A DNA stretch of 49,081 nucleotides from an uncultured Muribaculaceae bacterium (lineage in GTDB: Bacteria > Bacillota_I > Bacilli_A > RF39 > UBA660): contig CAYYLF010000003.1 in the NCBI GenBank assembly GCA_964472425.1, forward strand, positions 1 through 49,081, read 5' to 3'. Of the stretch, positions 27,462 to 36,896 are shown in pieces (the stretch's first letter is position 1; every line of letters starts with the position of its first letter). The notes under the pieces are model-generated. The model saw only the letters and a list, made by a program, of their open reading frames with translations, was not told the DNA's origin and searched no databases. The position numbers and the translations under genes are program-made.

Positions 27462-28187
27462 TCATTCTGCAAGTTTGCTCTCTCCGGTCTTATAATCGAT
27501 CGAGATACCATCTTGAACATTGTAGAGATACACGTTAAATTTGATTCCAGACCCGGCATCCTCGACCGAATATCCTTCCAATAAAATTCCGCTCGCGACT
27601 GCATTGTCCTCATCAAAAATGGGTGTCGACCTATAGAGAACGTGATTCCCTGTTCTCTTTATATAGTCGGCAACTTCGTTTTCGAAATCGAGCATGGCAC
27701 CCGTATTCACTTGCCTTGTGCATGTAATCAAATTCTGCTCGTTCGCATTCTCCCCGGTCAATTGATATCCGATTAAATGGCAACGGTTATAAAGATACTT
27801 GCCATTCACCACATCGTACTTGACCGTCTGCCAACCGCTCGGTTTGACCATCCCTATACTTCCTCGTTCCTCGGTAGGCATGGTCTCAAGTCCCACATTC
27901 GCGAAAGCTCTCGTACAACGACCAAGCTCATCCAATTCTCCGTAGACTTCGAACGATGTGGTAGTCTTGTATTCGTCGTCGAAATCGGGTTCACCTCCAT
28001 TCACGACCACGTAAGCCTCTCCACTGTATGGTGGGATGTTAGATAAGTCGTAGCTCGTAAGTTTTTCTTGTCTTTCATAAGCATAGCTATTTACCAAAAT
28101 TCCGGCGAACAATCCCCCCAAAACGATTGCCAAGGACATAATCGATTTTATACTCTTTCTACGATATCTTTTTGCCACGGATAACAC
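27462..28187 (-). CDS. Membrane-anchored DNA/RNA non-specific endonuclease (EndA-like, His-Me finger)
   Basis: LDELGRC..A.A, KPSGW, YNRCHLIG.QL.GE, NLIT.TR..N, YR.TPIF; N-terminal TM. Confidence 0.9.
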   Translation of the reverse strand: MLSVAKRYRRKSIKSIMSLAIVLGGLFAGILVNSYAYERQEKLTSYDLSNIPPYSGEAYVVVNGGEPDFDDEYKTTTSFEVYGELDELGRCTRAFANVGLETMPTEERGSIGMVKPSGWQTVKYDVVNGKYLYNRCHLIGYQLTGENANEQNLITCTRQVNTGAMLDFENEVADYIKRTGNHVLYRSTPIFDEDNAVASGILLEGYSVEDAGSGIKFNVYLYNVQDGISIDYKTGESKLAE

Positions 28188-28350
28188 CTACTTCTATAAT
28201 CTAATTATACCATCACGTTCAAAAGAAAGAAAGCAGATAAAATTGCAACAAACGTCCGTTCGGCTAATTCGTCAAATTTTTAAAATTCAAAAATGACTTT
28301 TCGCTTTACACAAACTTGTTCTCATGATATAATTTCTATGGTGATAAGAT

Positions 28351-29088
28351 ATGGCAACTGATAAGAATAAGAAGGCAAATACTAGTAAAAAGACTAAAAC
28401 GACGGCAAATGCGAGCAAGAAAACCACGCCCGATACGACTACCAAAAAGGTAACTCCAACTAAAACAGCAAATGCCAAGACGACTTCAAAGCAGACTAAA
28501 ACGACGACGACAACTACGAAAGCAGTAAAACCGGAAAATAAAAAATCGACCCAATCAGCTGCCCAAAAAACTACAAATTCCAAGACGATAAACGCCAAAA
28601 AGAAAACTGCGAATACCAAGGCTAAGTCGACTTCTTCCAAAACGTCGACCAAAACGAAAACTCAACCGAATAGAAAAAAGGCGACCGAAGACACTTTGAA
28701 AGAAGTGACAAAACCAGAAGCAATCGCCGAATTGCACGTCGAAGAAGAAGTAGTCGAAACCGTTCCGGAGACTACGATAGAAACTTCTTCCAATGAATTC
28801 GAAATCCATTCGTTCTTGGGAGTCGAACTACCTACTACGAGAAGTAAAGAAGCCAAAAGAGTTCGCAAGAGTCACTACGTAAAAGATGCATGTTTCTTCG
28901 CGACTGTCGTTTCGATTTTAGATTTGTTTGCCATGATATTCATCAAAGGTTACCCTAAATTCTTAAACGACACGCCTCTTGCCAACTATACCATCACAGT
29001 AGTTATCGACTTCATCATGATATTCCTTGCGACTTACGCTATAGATTATTTTATAGTCGAACACGAAATCAAGAAAAATAATAAATAA
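28351..29088 (+). CDS. Hypothetical protein: K/T/A-rich low-complexity N-terminus, acidic linker and two C-terminal TMs
   Basis: Composition of the translated ORF. Confidence 0.75.
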   Translation: MATDKNKKANTSKKTKTTANASKKTTPDTTTKKVTPTKTANAKTTSKQTKTTTTTTKAVKPENKKSTQSAAQKTTNSKTINAKKKTANTKAKSTSSKTSTKTKTQPNRKKATEDTLKEVTKPEAIAELHVEEEVVETVPETTIETSSNEFEIHSFLGVELPTTRSKEAKRVRKSHYVKDACFFATVVSILDLFAMIFIKGYPKFLNDTPLANYTITVVIDFIMIFLATYAIDYFIVEHEIKKNNK

Positions 29089-29126
29089 AAATTGTAAAAC
29101 TGTCCATCATATAGATAAGGTGGAAT

Positions 29127-29849
29127 ATGAAAACATTTACTAAAATTTTGAGAGGTACCATTACTTCTCTTTTATTTTTGACGTTGACACTAGCTATTCT
29201 AGTGCAATTCATCTTCACGAACGTTCACTTGAACTATGCCAATTTGCCGAGCATGATAGATAGAAAAGAACTCCTTGCGACTGCTCTAGATACCCCGATA
29301 GAAGATGAAACTATCTATCGCGTGGCCGAAAGATACCTCGACGATTACATAAATTATATTTTCCACAAGAGAAGTTTCCCGAGCCTTCAAACGGTGGATT
29401 ACTCCGAAATTTCCGAAGAACAAATCCAATCGGCCAAAGAAGTCGTATCACACCTGAGCAAAAACATCAATCTCGAATATGCCGAGGTGACCGACCTTCG
29501 CGACCTAAACAACGTACTTTCGAATCGTGCCATCTTTCTGCTCGTAAACATTGGGGTTTTCCTCATATATGTAGTATCCTCCATCGTTCGAGGTAACTTC
29601 AAAAAGGGAACCCGCCTGCTGGCACTTTCACTAGTAGCAAATTCTCTGATATCTCTCGTTGCCAGTCGCATCTTGATTTCTAAATTACCCGACCTCGTAA
29701 GTCCCCATCTCTATACGTTTCTCTCCGCCATCGTAAACGCCCCTTTGAAATCGCAACTCACAAATCTAGCTCTCATCTATGGTGGCCTCGGCCTTTCTAT
29801 ATATATACTCATATTCTCGTACGACAGATTCCTGAAACCTCGAGATTAA
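29127..29849 (+). CDS. Hypothetical membrane protein
   Basis: One N-terminal and three C-terminal hydrophobic segments; AAGGTGG RBS. Confidence 0.75.
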   Translation: MKTFTKILRGTITSLLFLTLTLAILVQFIFTNVHLNYANLPSMIDRKELLATALDTPIEDETIYRVAERYLDDYINYIFHKRSFPSLQTVDYSEISEEQIQSAKEVVSHLSKNINLEYAEVTDLRDLNNVLSNRAIFLLVNIGVFLIYVVSSIVRGNFKKGTRLLALSLVANSLISLVASRILISKLPDLVSPHLYTFLSAIVNAPLKSQLTNLALIYGGLGLSIYILIFSYDRFLKPRD

Positions 29850-29914
29850 TCACCCGAACTTTTTTATACTAAATTTCGAACTCTAAAATATAATTATTTA
29901 GAAAGGAAGTTTTT

Positions 29915-30946
29915 ATGAAAAAGTTTAAGTTTTTATTGGTCATCGTGGCGGTTTTAACTTTCTGTGGATGTGGAAAGGCCAAATCGACTAATATCATAGA
30001 AAAGTTCAAAGATAAGGTAAATAGCACCAAAAGCTACCAAGTCACCGGTTCGATGGAGATAGTCTCGAACGAAGAAACCTTTACTTACGACGTTAATGTC
30101 GATTATAAATACGACGAATTCTACAAAGTCACTCTTCTCAACAAGACGAACGACCACGAACAAGTCATCTTAAAAGACGGTGAATCCGTATACGTCGTGA
30201 CTCCCGCTCTCAACAAAAGTTTCAAATTCCAAAGTGAATGGCCTGCTAACTCTAGCCAAAGCTACCTCTTAAAGTCTCTGCTTCAAGACATCGAAAAGAC
30301 CGAAAAACCGACTGTAGACGAAAACGACGACTACTACATAGTGAATGCGAATGTTAACTATCCGAACAACAATAGTCTAAAAACGGAAAAAATCTACTTC
30401 GACAAAAATGGCGAATTGAAAGAAGTGCAAATACTCAATTCCGACGGAAATGCCATCATCCGCATGAAATTCACCACCATCAAATACTCGGTAAAATTCG
30501 AAGACGACCACTTCTCGCTAGACTCCCTAATCACAAATTGTGAAGACGAATCTAGCTGCAAGACGACCGATGACTCCCAACAGACGAGTGCTCTTAAAGA
30601 CATCATCTATCCGCTCTACCTCCCAGAAGACACGCACCTTTCGACCAAAGACACAGTTCAAACTGATGCCGGAGACCGTGTCATCATGACTTACGCCGGT
30701 GCCAAACCGTTCATGATTATCGAAGAAGCTACCAAAGCTTCGAAAGAAATGCAAATCACGAGCGTTTACGGCGACCCTCTATTCTTGAGCACGGCTGTCG
30801 GTGCGATGGGTTCTAACTCCCTCGAATGGCAAAGCAACGATATGAACTATTACATCACGAGTTCCTACTTGACTCAAGACGAGATGAGAACTATTGCCGA
30901 ATCTCTAAACACCGCATCGGTAGTCGAAATTCAAAACGTAAAATAA
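29915..30946 (+). CDS. YdcC-like sporulation lipoprotein (LolA-like plus DUF4367-like)
   Basis: Lipobox FCGC; EQVILK...VYVVTPALNKSFKFQSEWP.NSSQ.YL matches YdcC; PLYLP C-terminal domain. Confidence 0.82.
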   Translation: MKKFKFLLVIVAVLTFCGCGKAKSTNIIEKFKDKVNSTKSYQVTGSMEIVSNEETFTYDVNVDYKYDEFYKVTLLNKTNDHEQVILKDGESVYVVTPALNKSFKFQSEWPANSSQSYLLKSLLQDIEKTEKPTVDENDDYYIVNANVNYPNNNSLKTEKIYFDKNGELKEVQILNSDGNAIIRMKFTTIKYSVKFEDDHFSLDSLITNCEDESSCKTTDDSQQTSALKDIIYPLYLPEDTHLSTKDTVQTDAGDRVIMTYAGAKPFMIIEEATKASKEMQITSVYGDPLFLSTAVGAMGSNSLEWQSNDMNYYITSSYLTQDEMRTIAESLNTASVVEIQNVK

Positions 30947-31077
30947 AATATATCGCTTAACTCCGATATATTTTTTTGGTCATTGCCGATTATTGAGAAT
31001 TGAAGAATTTACTAAAAACGTAACTAGCAAGTGTTTACTTTTGACCGTTATTAATATATAATTATAATGAAACGGAG

Positions 31078-32667
31078 TTGATAAGAGTGATACTAAAAAA
31101 GCCCTATGCTTTTCTCATAAAAAACTTCCGGTTTATCCACCTGATTTTGACCGGATTGATTGCCTATTTGCTCTTTAGAACTTACAACCTCTACAGCTTT
31201 TTTAGTAGATACGTTGGAAATGTCTACACTTCCTTAGGCGGAGCTCCTAGTAACTACATAACCATCTTCATGTTTCTAATCGCGATTATCATCATAGTAT
31301 TCTCGCTTGCGATGTACTTGCTCATGAAGAAAAAGGAAAAACCGAAGAATCTGTACATCGGATTGAGTACTTATTATATTCTGTACTTCATCGGTCTGAT
31401 ACTTTATTTCGTACTCTTCAAATCTATGGAGACGAGTCAACTTACCATTAGAAATGCGATGGTCATCCGCGATGTGACGTTCATCATCATGTTCCCACAA
31501 GCCTTACTCTTAGCCTTGAGTCTCATTCGCGCAGTCGGATTCGACATCAAAAAATTCAACTTCTCGAAAGATTTAAAAGAACTGGATATTTCGGAAGAGG
31601 ACAACGAAGAATTCGAATTCGTCCTCGGTGTAGACTCCTACAAATACTTCCGTTATCTGCGAAGAAGAGTACGCGAATTCAAATACTACATACTAGAAAA
31701 CAAATTCATGTTTACGATTCTGATGGGCCTCACTTGCTCGGTACTTTTGATACTGACCATTCTGAACTTCACAGTCTACAACAAAACGTACAACAAAAAT
31801 CAAAAGATTCATGCGAACAATCTGACTTTGGAAGTCAACAACTCGTATCTTACAAATGTCGACTACAAAGGCGAATCTATCACGGACGATAAATACTTCC
31901 TCGTCGTAAACATCACCTTCACGAACGACTCGGGATACTCGACCGTCTTGGACCTTCCTAGCTATGTCCTCGAGACCAAATCGGGTAAGATAACGCCGAC
32001 TCTATCTAGGAACTCCCATTTCGTCGATTTCGGAGCAGGCTACTCCAAAGAGAAAATCGAAAACGGCAAGACAGCTAACTACATTCTCGTCTACGAATTC
32101 GACAAAAGGGATGTCGCCAAGAAATATACCCTCCGCATAATCGACGAGGTCGAATACAAAGCCGGCACGATGAATTCCAAAGAAAAAGTAGTCGCCCTTA
32201 AACCGCTTTCGTACGTCGACCAGGAAGATGTCGGAACCTACAAAACGGAAGAACTGATTACCATGTACGACTCGATTCTAGGAAACACATCTCTGCTCAC
32301 CACTTCGTACGAATTTTCGAACAAAGTCACTTACAAATACGAAGCTTGCATTCGCGCCAACTGCCAACAAGTCACCGACGTCGTGACCGCGGACGTGGCC
32401 AAATCGAAAAAACTACTCGTCCTAAAGGGCCTTCTAACCTTAGATAACAGTTCGACCTTTGCCCGAAATGCCAAAACGTCGATGTCCTTCTTCGAAGCCT
32501 TTGCCGAAATCAGATACGACGACAAAATTGCTCCGGTCATAGACGCAACACCTCGTTCCATCTCCGAACAGTACATTCTTCAAATAGACGAAAAAGCCGC
32601 GACTGCCGAACACGTAGACTTGATATTCACAGTCCGCAACAAGAAATATACACTCAAACTAAAATAG
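31078..32667 (+). CDS. Hypothetical multi-pass membrane protein with extracellular Ig-like (DUF4352-like) domain
   Basis: 5 TMs, then FLVVNITFTN.S...I.NG.T...ILVYE beta-sandwich pattern. Confidence 0.75.
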   Translation: MIRVILKKPYAFLIKNFRFIHLILTGLIAYLLFRTYNLYSFFSRYVGNVYTSLGGAPSNYITIFMFLIAIIIIVFSLAMYLLMKKKEKPKNLYIGLSTYYILYFIGLILYFVLFKSMETSQLTIRNAMVIRDVTFIIMFPQALLLALSLIRAVGFDIKKFNFSKDLKELDISEEDNEEFEFVLGVDSYKYFRYLRRRVREFKYYILENKFMFTILMGLTCSVLLILTILNFTVYNKTYNKNQKIHANNLTLEVNNSYLTNVDYKGESITDDKYFLVVNITFTNDSGYSTVLDLPSYVLETKSGKITPTLSRNSHFVDFGAGYSKEKIENGKTANYILVYEFDKRDVAKKYTLRIIDEVEYKAGTMNSKEKVVALKPLSYVDQEDVGTYKTEELITMYDSILGNTSLLTTSYEFSNKVTYKYEACIRANCQQVTDVVTADVAKSKKLLVLKGLLTLDNSSTFARNAKTSMSFFEAFAEIRYDDKIAPVIDATPRSISEQYILQIDEKAATAEHVDLIFTVRNKKYTLKLK

Positions 32668-32696
32668 ATTACTCGACAAACGGGTAATCTTTTTTT
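32666..32696 (+). terminator. Intrinsic terminator
   Basis: agattactcg-acaaa-cgggtaatct plus T-run. Confidence 0.8.
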
Positions 32697-32709
32697 GACG
32701 ACGAATGGC

Positions 32710-32804
32710 AAATCGGCCAATCGGACGCCTATCGGCCACTAAACGACCGATTTTTTGGCCGATAAATAAATGTACACAAAAAAATTGGAAAGATATCCAA
32801 TTTT
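32710..32804. repeat. Direct repeat copy A: 54-bp dyad element plus terminator hairpin
   Basis: 32710-32763 matches 34163-34216 at 50/54 positions; followed by aaaattgga-N6-tccaatttt. Confidence 0.93.
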
Positions 32805-32814
32805 ATCCGAAGTA

Positions 32815-34104
32815 CTACGCATTTTCCACCTTCAATTTATACTTAGTAGAAGGTCCATTACCTACCTTTTCTATAACTCCATCATCTAAAAGTTCACTCA
32901 AAATGTTTTGGATGCTAGTCTTTTCTTTCTTTACGACATCTTTGAGCTCCTTACTGGTCGCAACCCCACTTTTTCTAATATAATCGACAACCAGCTTTTT
33001 GTCGCTAGTCGCATTACTCGGAGTTATACAAGGAATAGTGATGATAAACGAAGAAGCCAAAGCCTTGATTTCGACCTTGAGACCTCTCTCTTTATAGAAT
33101 CCCATTATTCTTCGCAATCCGCTTCCTATACAATCCACCCGTTTCAAACGCAAAAAGATTGCCTGTAAATATTTATTTCGCGAATACGAGACACCCGAAA
33201 GAGCATCCTCTAGACTGATTTTATAAAGCCCACCCAAACTGATAAATTCTATTTTGTTATTCTTATATATATTGATGATGCTCGGGCCATCCATCTCCAT
33301 AGACCTATGTATACACATGTTGAATAAAATCTCGCGCAAAATTGACTCGGGGAATTCCTCTATGTCCGTTCTCTCTGCATTGGCGACCATGCCATAAGTA
33401 GAAGAATTGAGTTTCAAATAATCGACTGTTTTATCGTACACCTCGAATATCGAGCCGGTAAATTCTTTGATATCCAAGAAGTTTTGCTTTAATTCGTCCT
33501 CGTACACGGCCACCCTAATAGGAAAATCATTTTGGTCGGACAACACTTTAGCTAAATTCGTATAATTGTTGTTCAAATCTCTCAAATGTAACGTCTTTTG
33601 GACGGACTCATTCTCGATATCGATAGATGCCTTATCGAACACAGGCTTTGCGTAGTTGAAAGTTAAATTCGCATCTGGACATATTGCCGTTTCGAACGAC
33701 AATTTCTCCTTATCTAACAGTAACTTTTGTATTATTTGAGGACTAGCTGGCATACTGCAACTTCCCGTTCGTACGTACACTCCTTCGTATCCTTTAGCTT
33801 TTAAATAGTATACATCGACTCCCTTAGAAACCTTTACTATGAGATACTCCTTACCAGAATCGGTCTTCTTTGGCTGAACCGAAATAAACATCGATGCATC
33901 CGGTGCAATCAGATTGTGAATTTGATTAGAAACCTTTTCCTCGACCTTTTTGGCATCTGCCAATCCCACGACATTCCCGTCGTCGTCCATCCCGATATAA
34001 ATCGTCCCACCGACACTCTCGTCACTGTTCAAAAAGGCGATTATTTCCTTGATTATTCCATCCGTATACTCCCTTTTAAATTCAGTCTGCTCGTCTTCTA
34101 TCAT
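32815..34104 (-). CDS. AlbA_2 (Schlafen-like) + HATPase_c_4/RecG-C-like + C-terminal wHTH protein
   Basis: EFKRE, IIAFLN...GGTIYIG.DD.G, Y.R.GS, LREILFN.CIHR, SRN..L..IF, GSGL.RI, IEKVGNGPSTKY; ATG 34104 after AAAGGAG. Confidence 0.88.
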   Translation of the reverse strand: MIEDEQTEFKREYTDGIIKEIIAFLNSDESVGGTIYIGMDDDGNVVGLADAKKVEEKVSNQIHNLIAPDASMFISVQPKKTDSGKEYLIVKVSKGVDVYYLKAKGYEGVYVRTGSCSMPASPQIIQKLLLDKEKLSFETAICPDANLTFNYAKPVFDKASIDIENESVQKTLHLRDLNNNYTNLAKVLSDQNDFPIRVAVYEDELKQNFLDIKEFTGSIFEVYDKTVDYLKLNSSTYGMVANAERTDIEEFPESILREILFNMCIHRSMEMDGPSIINIYKNNKIEFISLGGLYKISLEDALSGVSYSRNKYLQAIFLRLKRVDCIGSGLRRIMGFYKERGLKVEIKALASSFIITIPCITPSNATSDKKLVVDYIRKSGVATSKELKDVVKKEKTSIQNILSELLDDGVIEKVGNGPSTKYKLKVENA

Positions 34105-34162
34105 TGCCAATTCTCCTTTCATATACGACAATTGTATCACAAAAAAATATAAAAATAAACAA

Positions 34163-34259
34163 AAATCGGTCAATCGGACACCTATCGACCACTAAGCGAC
34201 CGATTTTTTGGCCGATTTGTGATCGAAACAATAAATAAAAATTGGATACTCTCCAATTT
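34163..34259. repeat. Direct repeat copy B: 54-bp dyad element plus terminator hairpin
   Basis: aaatcggtcaatcggacacctatcgaccactaagcgaccgattttttggccgat, then aaattgga-N5-tccaattt. Confidence 0.93.
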
Positions 34260-34625
34260 CTACTTCTTGAGTTCGCTAGGGCGATAGATTATTTTCTCGT
34301 CGAACTCGACATAATCCAAATAAATCATCGGGACCAAAACCCAACGACCGTCGTCCAGACTCATGACCAAATGGTCCCGCCCGGCTTGTTCGATGATGCC
34401 ATCGAAAATCTTATCCTTCCAATTGACCGAATCCGGAAAAGATATATATGCCTTCGCATGACTGCCGCGGTTCAAACGCAAAATATTCTCGATGTAACTC
34501 TGTTCCATCGGCAGATTGCTCGACTGGTCGTCCACGTTTACGATATTCGATGTATAGTTGTTCATAGGTGGCATATTCCCTTCTTCCGTAGGAAACGTCG
34601 GGTTCTGATAGTAAGTACCATTCAT
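34260..34625 (-). CDS. gerQ: Spore coat protein GerQ
   Basis: EQSYIENILRLNRG, F.G.IE.AGRDH, MIYLDYV.FDE; ATG 34625 after AGAGGTG. Confidence 0.92.
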   Translation of the reverse strand: MNGTYYQNPTFPTEEGNMPPMNNYTSNIVNVDDQSSNLPMEQSYIENILRLNRGSHAKAYISFPDSVNWKDKIFDGIIEQAGRDHLVMSLDDGRWVLVPMIYLDYVEFDEKIIYRPSELKK

Positions 34626-34647
34626 AAAATTTTCACCTCTCTTTACA

Positions 34648-34676
34648 ATATTATTCACGCGAGTTCCAAAATAAGA
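34648..34676 (-). promoter_or_regulatory. Sigma-E-like promoter of gerQ
   Basis: Minus strand TCTTATT, 14 bp, AATAATAT. Confidence 0.5.
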
Positions 34677-34727
34677 CTTATTTTTCGTATCTCTTAATCT
34701 AAAATGGTTCGTGAAAGGGAGATTAAT

Positions 34728-36851
34728 ATGAAAAATAATTTTGACTTAGAAGTTAAAAAAATACTGAAACAAGCCGAGAACGAAATGTTCGCCCTCAACC
34801 ATCCCTACGTCGGAAGCGAACACATGCTTTTGGCCATTTTGAAAATGAGTCGATTGAAAGACCTTCTTGCCGATTACTCGCTCACCTACGACCTTTTCAA
34901 AACGGAACTCGTAAACATCGTAGGAACATCTCGCAAAAAAAGTGAACTAGCCCTCTATACGCCCCTTCTAAAAAGGATTATCACGGATGCGATAGACGAA
35001 GCTAACGAAACGGCCGGAGGTATAGTACAACCAGAACACCTCCTTATCGGCATGCTCGAAGAAGGTGAAGGCGTAGGAATTCGCATACTCATGAACATGG
35101 GCATAGACCTCGAAAGCATCTACAACGACCTCATCCACAAAAGTTCGCCCGATAAAAGACAAAAGACTTCCATTCTCATGGAAATAGGTAAAGTCTTGAA
35201 CACTTCGCCGGACGAACACATCTACAAAAGAGAAAAAGAAATATCTTGCTTGATAGAAATACTTTTGAGAAAAAACAAAAACAACCCTCTCTTGCTCGGC
35301 GAAGCTGGGGTAGGGAAGACTGCCATAGTCGAAGAATTTGCTCGTCGAATCGAAGCCAATCGTGTCCCGGATGCTCTTTCGAACTACAAAGTAATCGAAC
35401 TCGACACGGGAAGCCTCATCTCGGGCACCCGTTATAGAGGAGAATTCGAAGACAGACTCGGCAAAATAATCGCCGAAGTCATTGCCGAAAAGAACATCAT
35501 TCTTTTCATCGATGAGATACACACGCTCGTAAATTGTGGAGGAGCTGAAGGGGCGATAGACGCCGCGAACATCCTAAAACCTTACATGGCAAGAGGCAAC
35601 CTCAAAATAATAGGCGCGACGACTCTCAAAGAATACAAAGCCACCATATATAAAGATAAAGCCCTCGACCGCCGTTTCCAAATCGTAAACGTCGAAGAGC
35701 CATCTCTCAAGGATACCGAATGCATTCTAAAGGGCATTGCCCCCAACTACGAAACTCACCATAACTGTATAATCTCGGATGAAAACATCAAAGACATTCT
35801 CCGTCTTTCCGAAAAATACATCTTCAACCGTTACAATCCCGACAAGGCTATCGACATTCTCGACTCCGTATGTGCCCACGTCCAACTAACTCGTCCCAAC
35901 AAGAAAAACGCCCTTTCCGAACTTAACAAAAAGAAAGAAAAATTTTTGAAGAACAAAAAATACAAAGAAGCACTCGAAGTCGAACTTCGCATCAAAGACC
36001 TTCAGGAAAACACGAACAAAATACAGATAACGAAAGCCGACATTCAAAAAGTCGTCGAATACCGTGCCAACATCCCCGTCCTCGACACCTGGACCGAGAA
36101 CATCGTAAAACTTCCATCGACCATCAAAGCTCACGTCTACGGCCAAGACGAAGCGATAGACAAAATATGCGAATCCCTCAAAGAAAAATATCTCGTCGAC
36201 AACACCAAGCCCCTCTCCATCCTTCTAGAAGGACCTTCCGGAGTAGGGAAGACTTACCTCGCCAAAGAGATTGCCAACAACCTCTTCGGTACCAAACAGT
36301 TCCTTCGTCTCGACATGAGCGAACTCGCGAGTGAAACTTCTTTGAACCGTCTCATAGGCTCACCTCAAGGCTATGTCGGATACGAAGATGAATGCTTACT
36401 TGCCAAACTCAAAGATTATCCTTATTCTCTCATTCTTTTAGACGAAATCGAAAAAGCTTCTCCCAAAGTTCAAAAACTCTTTTTAGAAATCCTCGACAAT
36501 GCTTATGTCCGCACGAACAAGGGCGAAACCATTCACTTCGAAAATGCGACTTTCATCATGACCTCGAATACTTATTCCTCCGAAGTCATAGGATTCAATG
36601 GAAACACTAAAGAAGAGAAGAACACTTCGTACGACGAACTGAAAGCTCGCGTCCAGTCGATTGTCACTCTAAACCGCACGGATGAAGCTTCGGCCCGCAA
36701 ATACATCCGCCGCGAAAGCACGGGACTCGATCTCACCAAGTCGGATATCGACGACCTCATCGCACGAGCTCACATCGACACGCTCGGTTTCCGAGGACTT
36801 CAAAAAGAACTCAACAAGTACAAAATTAGTAAACTTCTCTCAAAAGTATAG
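34728..36851 (+). CDS. clpC: ClpC-like ATP-dependent Clp protease subunit
   Basis: Clp-N repeats (EHMLL, EHLL), KNNP.L.GEAGVGKT, FIDEIH, second AAA GPSGVGKT/LLDEIEKA, IGF ClpP-binding loop; short C-terminus. Confidence 0.88.
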   Translation: MKNNFDLEVKKILKQAENEMFALNHPYVGSEHMLLAILKMSRLKDLLADYSLTYDLFKTELVNIVGTSRKKSELALYTPLLKRIITDAIDEANETAGGIVQPEHLLIGMLEEGEGVGIRILMNMGIDLESIYNDLIHKSSPDKRQKTSILMEIGKVLNTSPDEHIYKREKEISCLIEILLRKNKNNPLLLGEAGVGKTAIVEEFARRIEANRVPDALSNYKVIELDTGSLISGTRYRGEFEDRLGKIIAEVIAEKNIILFIDEIHTLVNCGGAEGAIDAANILKPYMARGNLKIIGATTLKEYKATIYKDKALDRRFQIVNVEEPSLKDTECILKGIAPNYETHHNCIISDENIKDILRLSEKYIFNRYNPDKAIDILDSVCAHVQLTRPNKKNALSELNKKKEKFLKNKKYKEALEVELRIKDLQENTNKIQITKADIQKVVEYRANIPVLDTWTENIVKLPSTIKAHVYGQDEAIDKICESLKEKYLVDNTKPLSILLEGPSGVGKTYLAKEIANNLFGTKQFLRLDMSELASETSLNRLIGSPQGYVGYEDECLLAKLKDYPYSLILLDEIEKASPKVQKLFLEILDNAYVRTNKGETIHFENATFIMTSNTYSSEVIGFNGNTKEEKNTSYDELKARVQSIVTLNRTDEASARKYIRRESTGLDLTKSDIDDLIARAHIDTLGFRGLQKELNKYKISKLLSKV

Positions 36852-36896
36852 TCATTACCGCACATTCTGTGGTAAAATCGAAGTGGAGGGACAAAT

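Noticed and set aside
32705-32983. 92-aa + strand ORF
   Set aside because: It runs through the repeat and terminator and overlaps the AlbA_2 gene antisense; no RBS.
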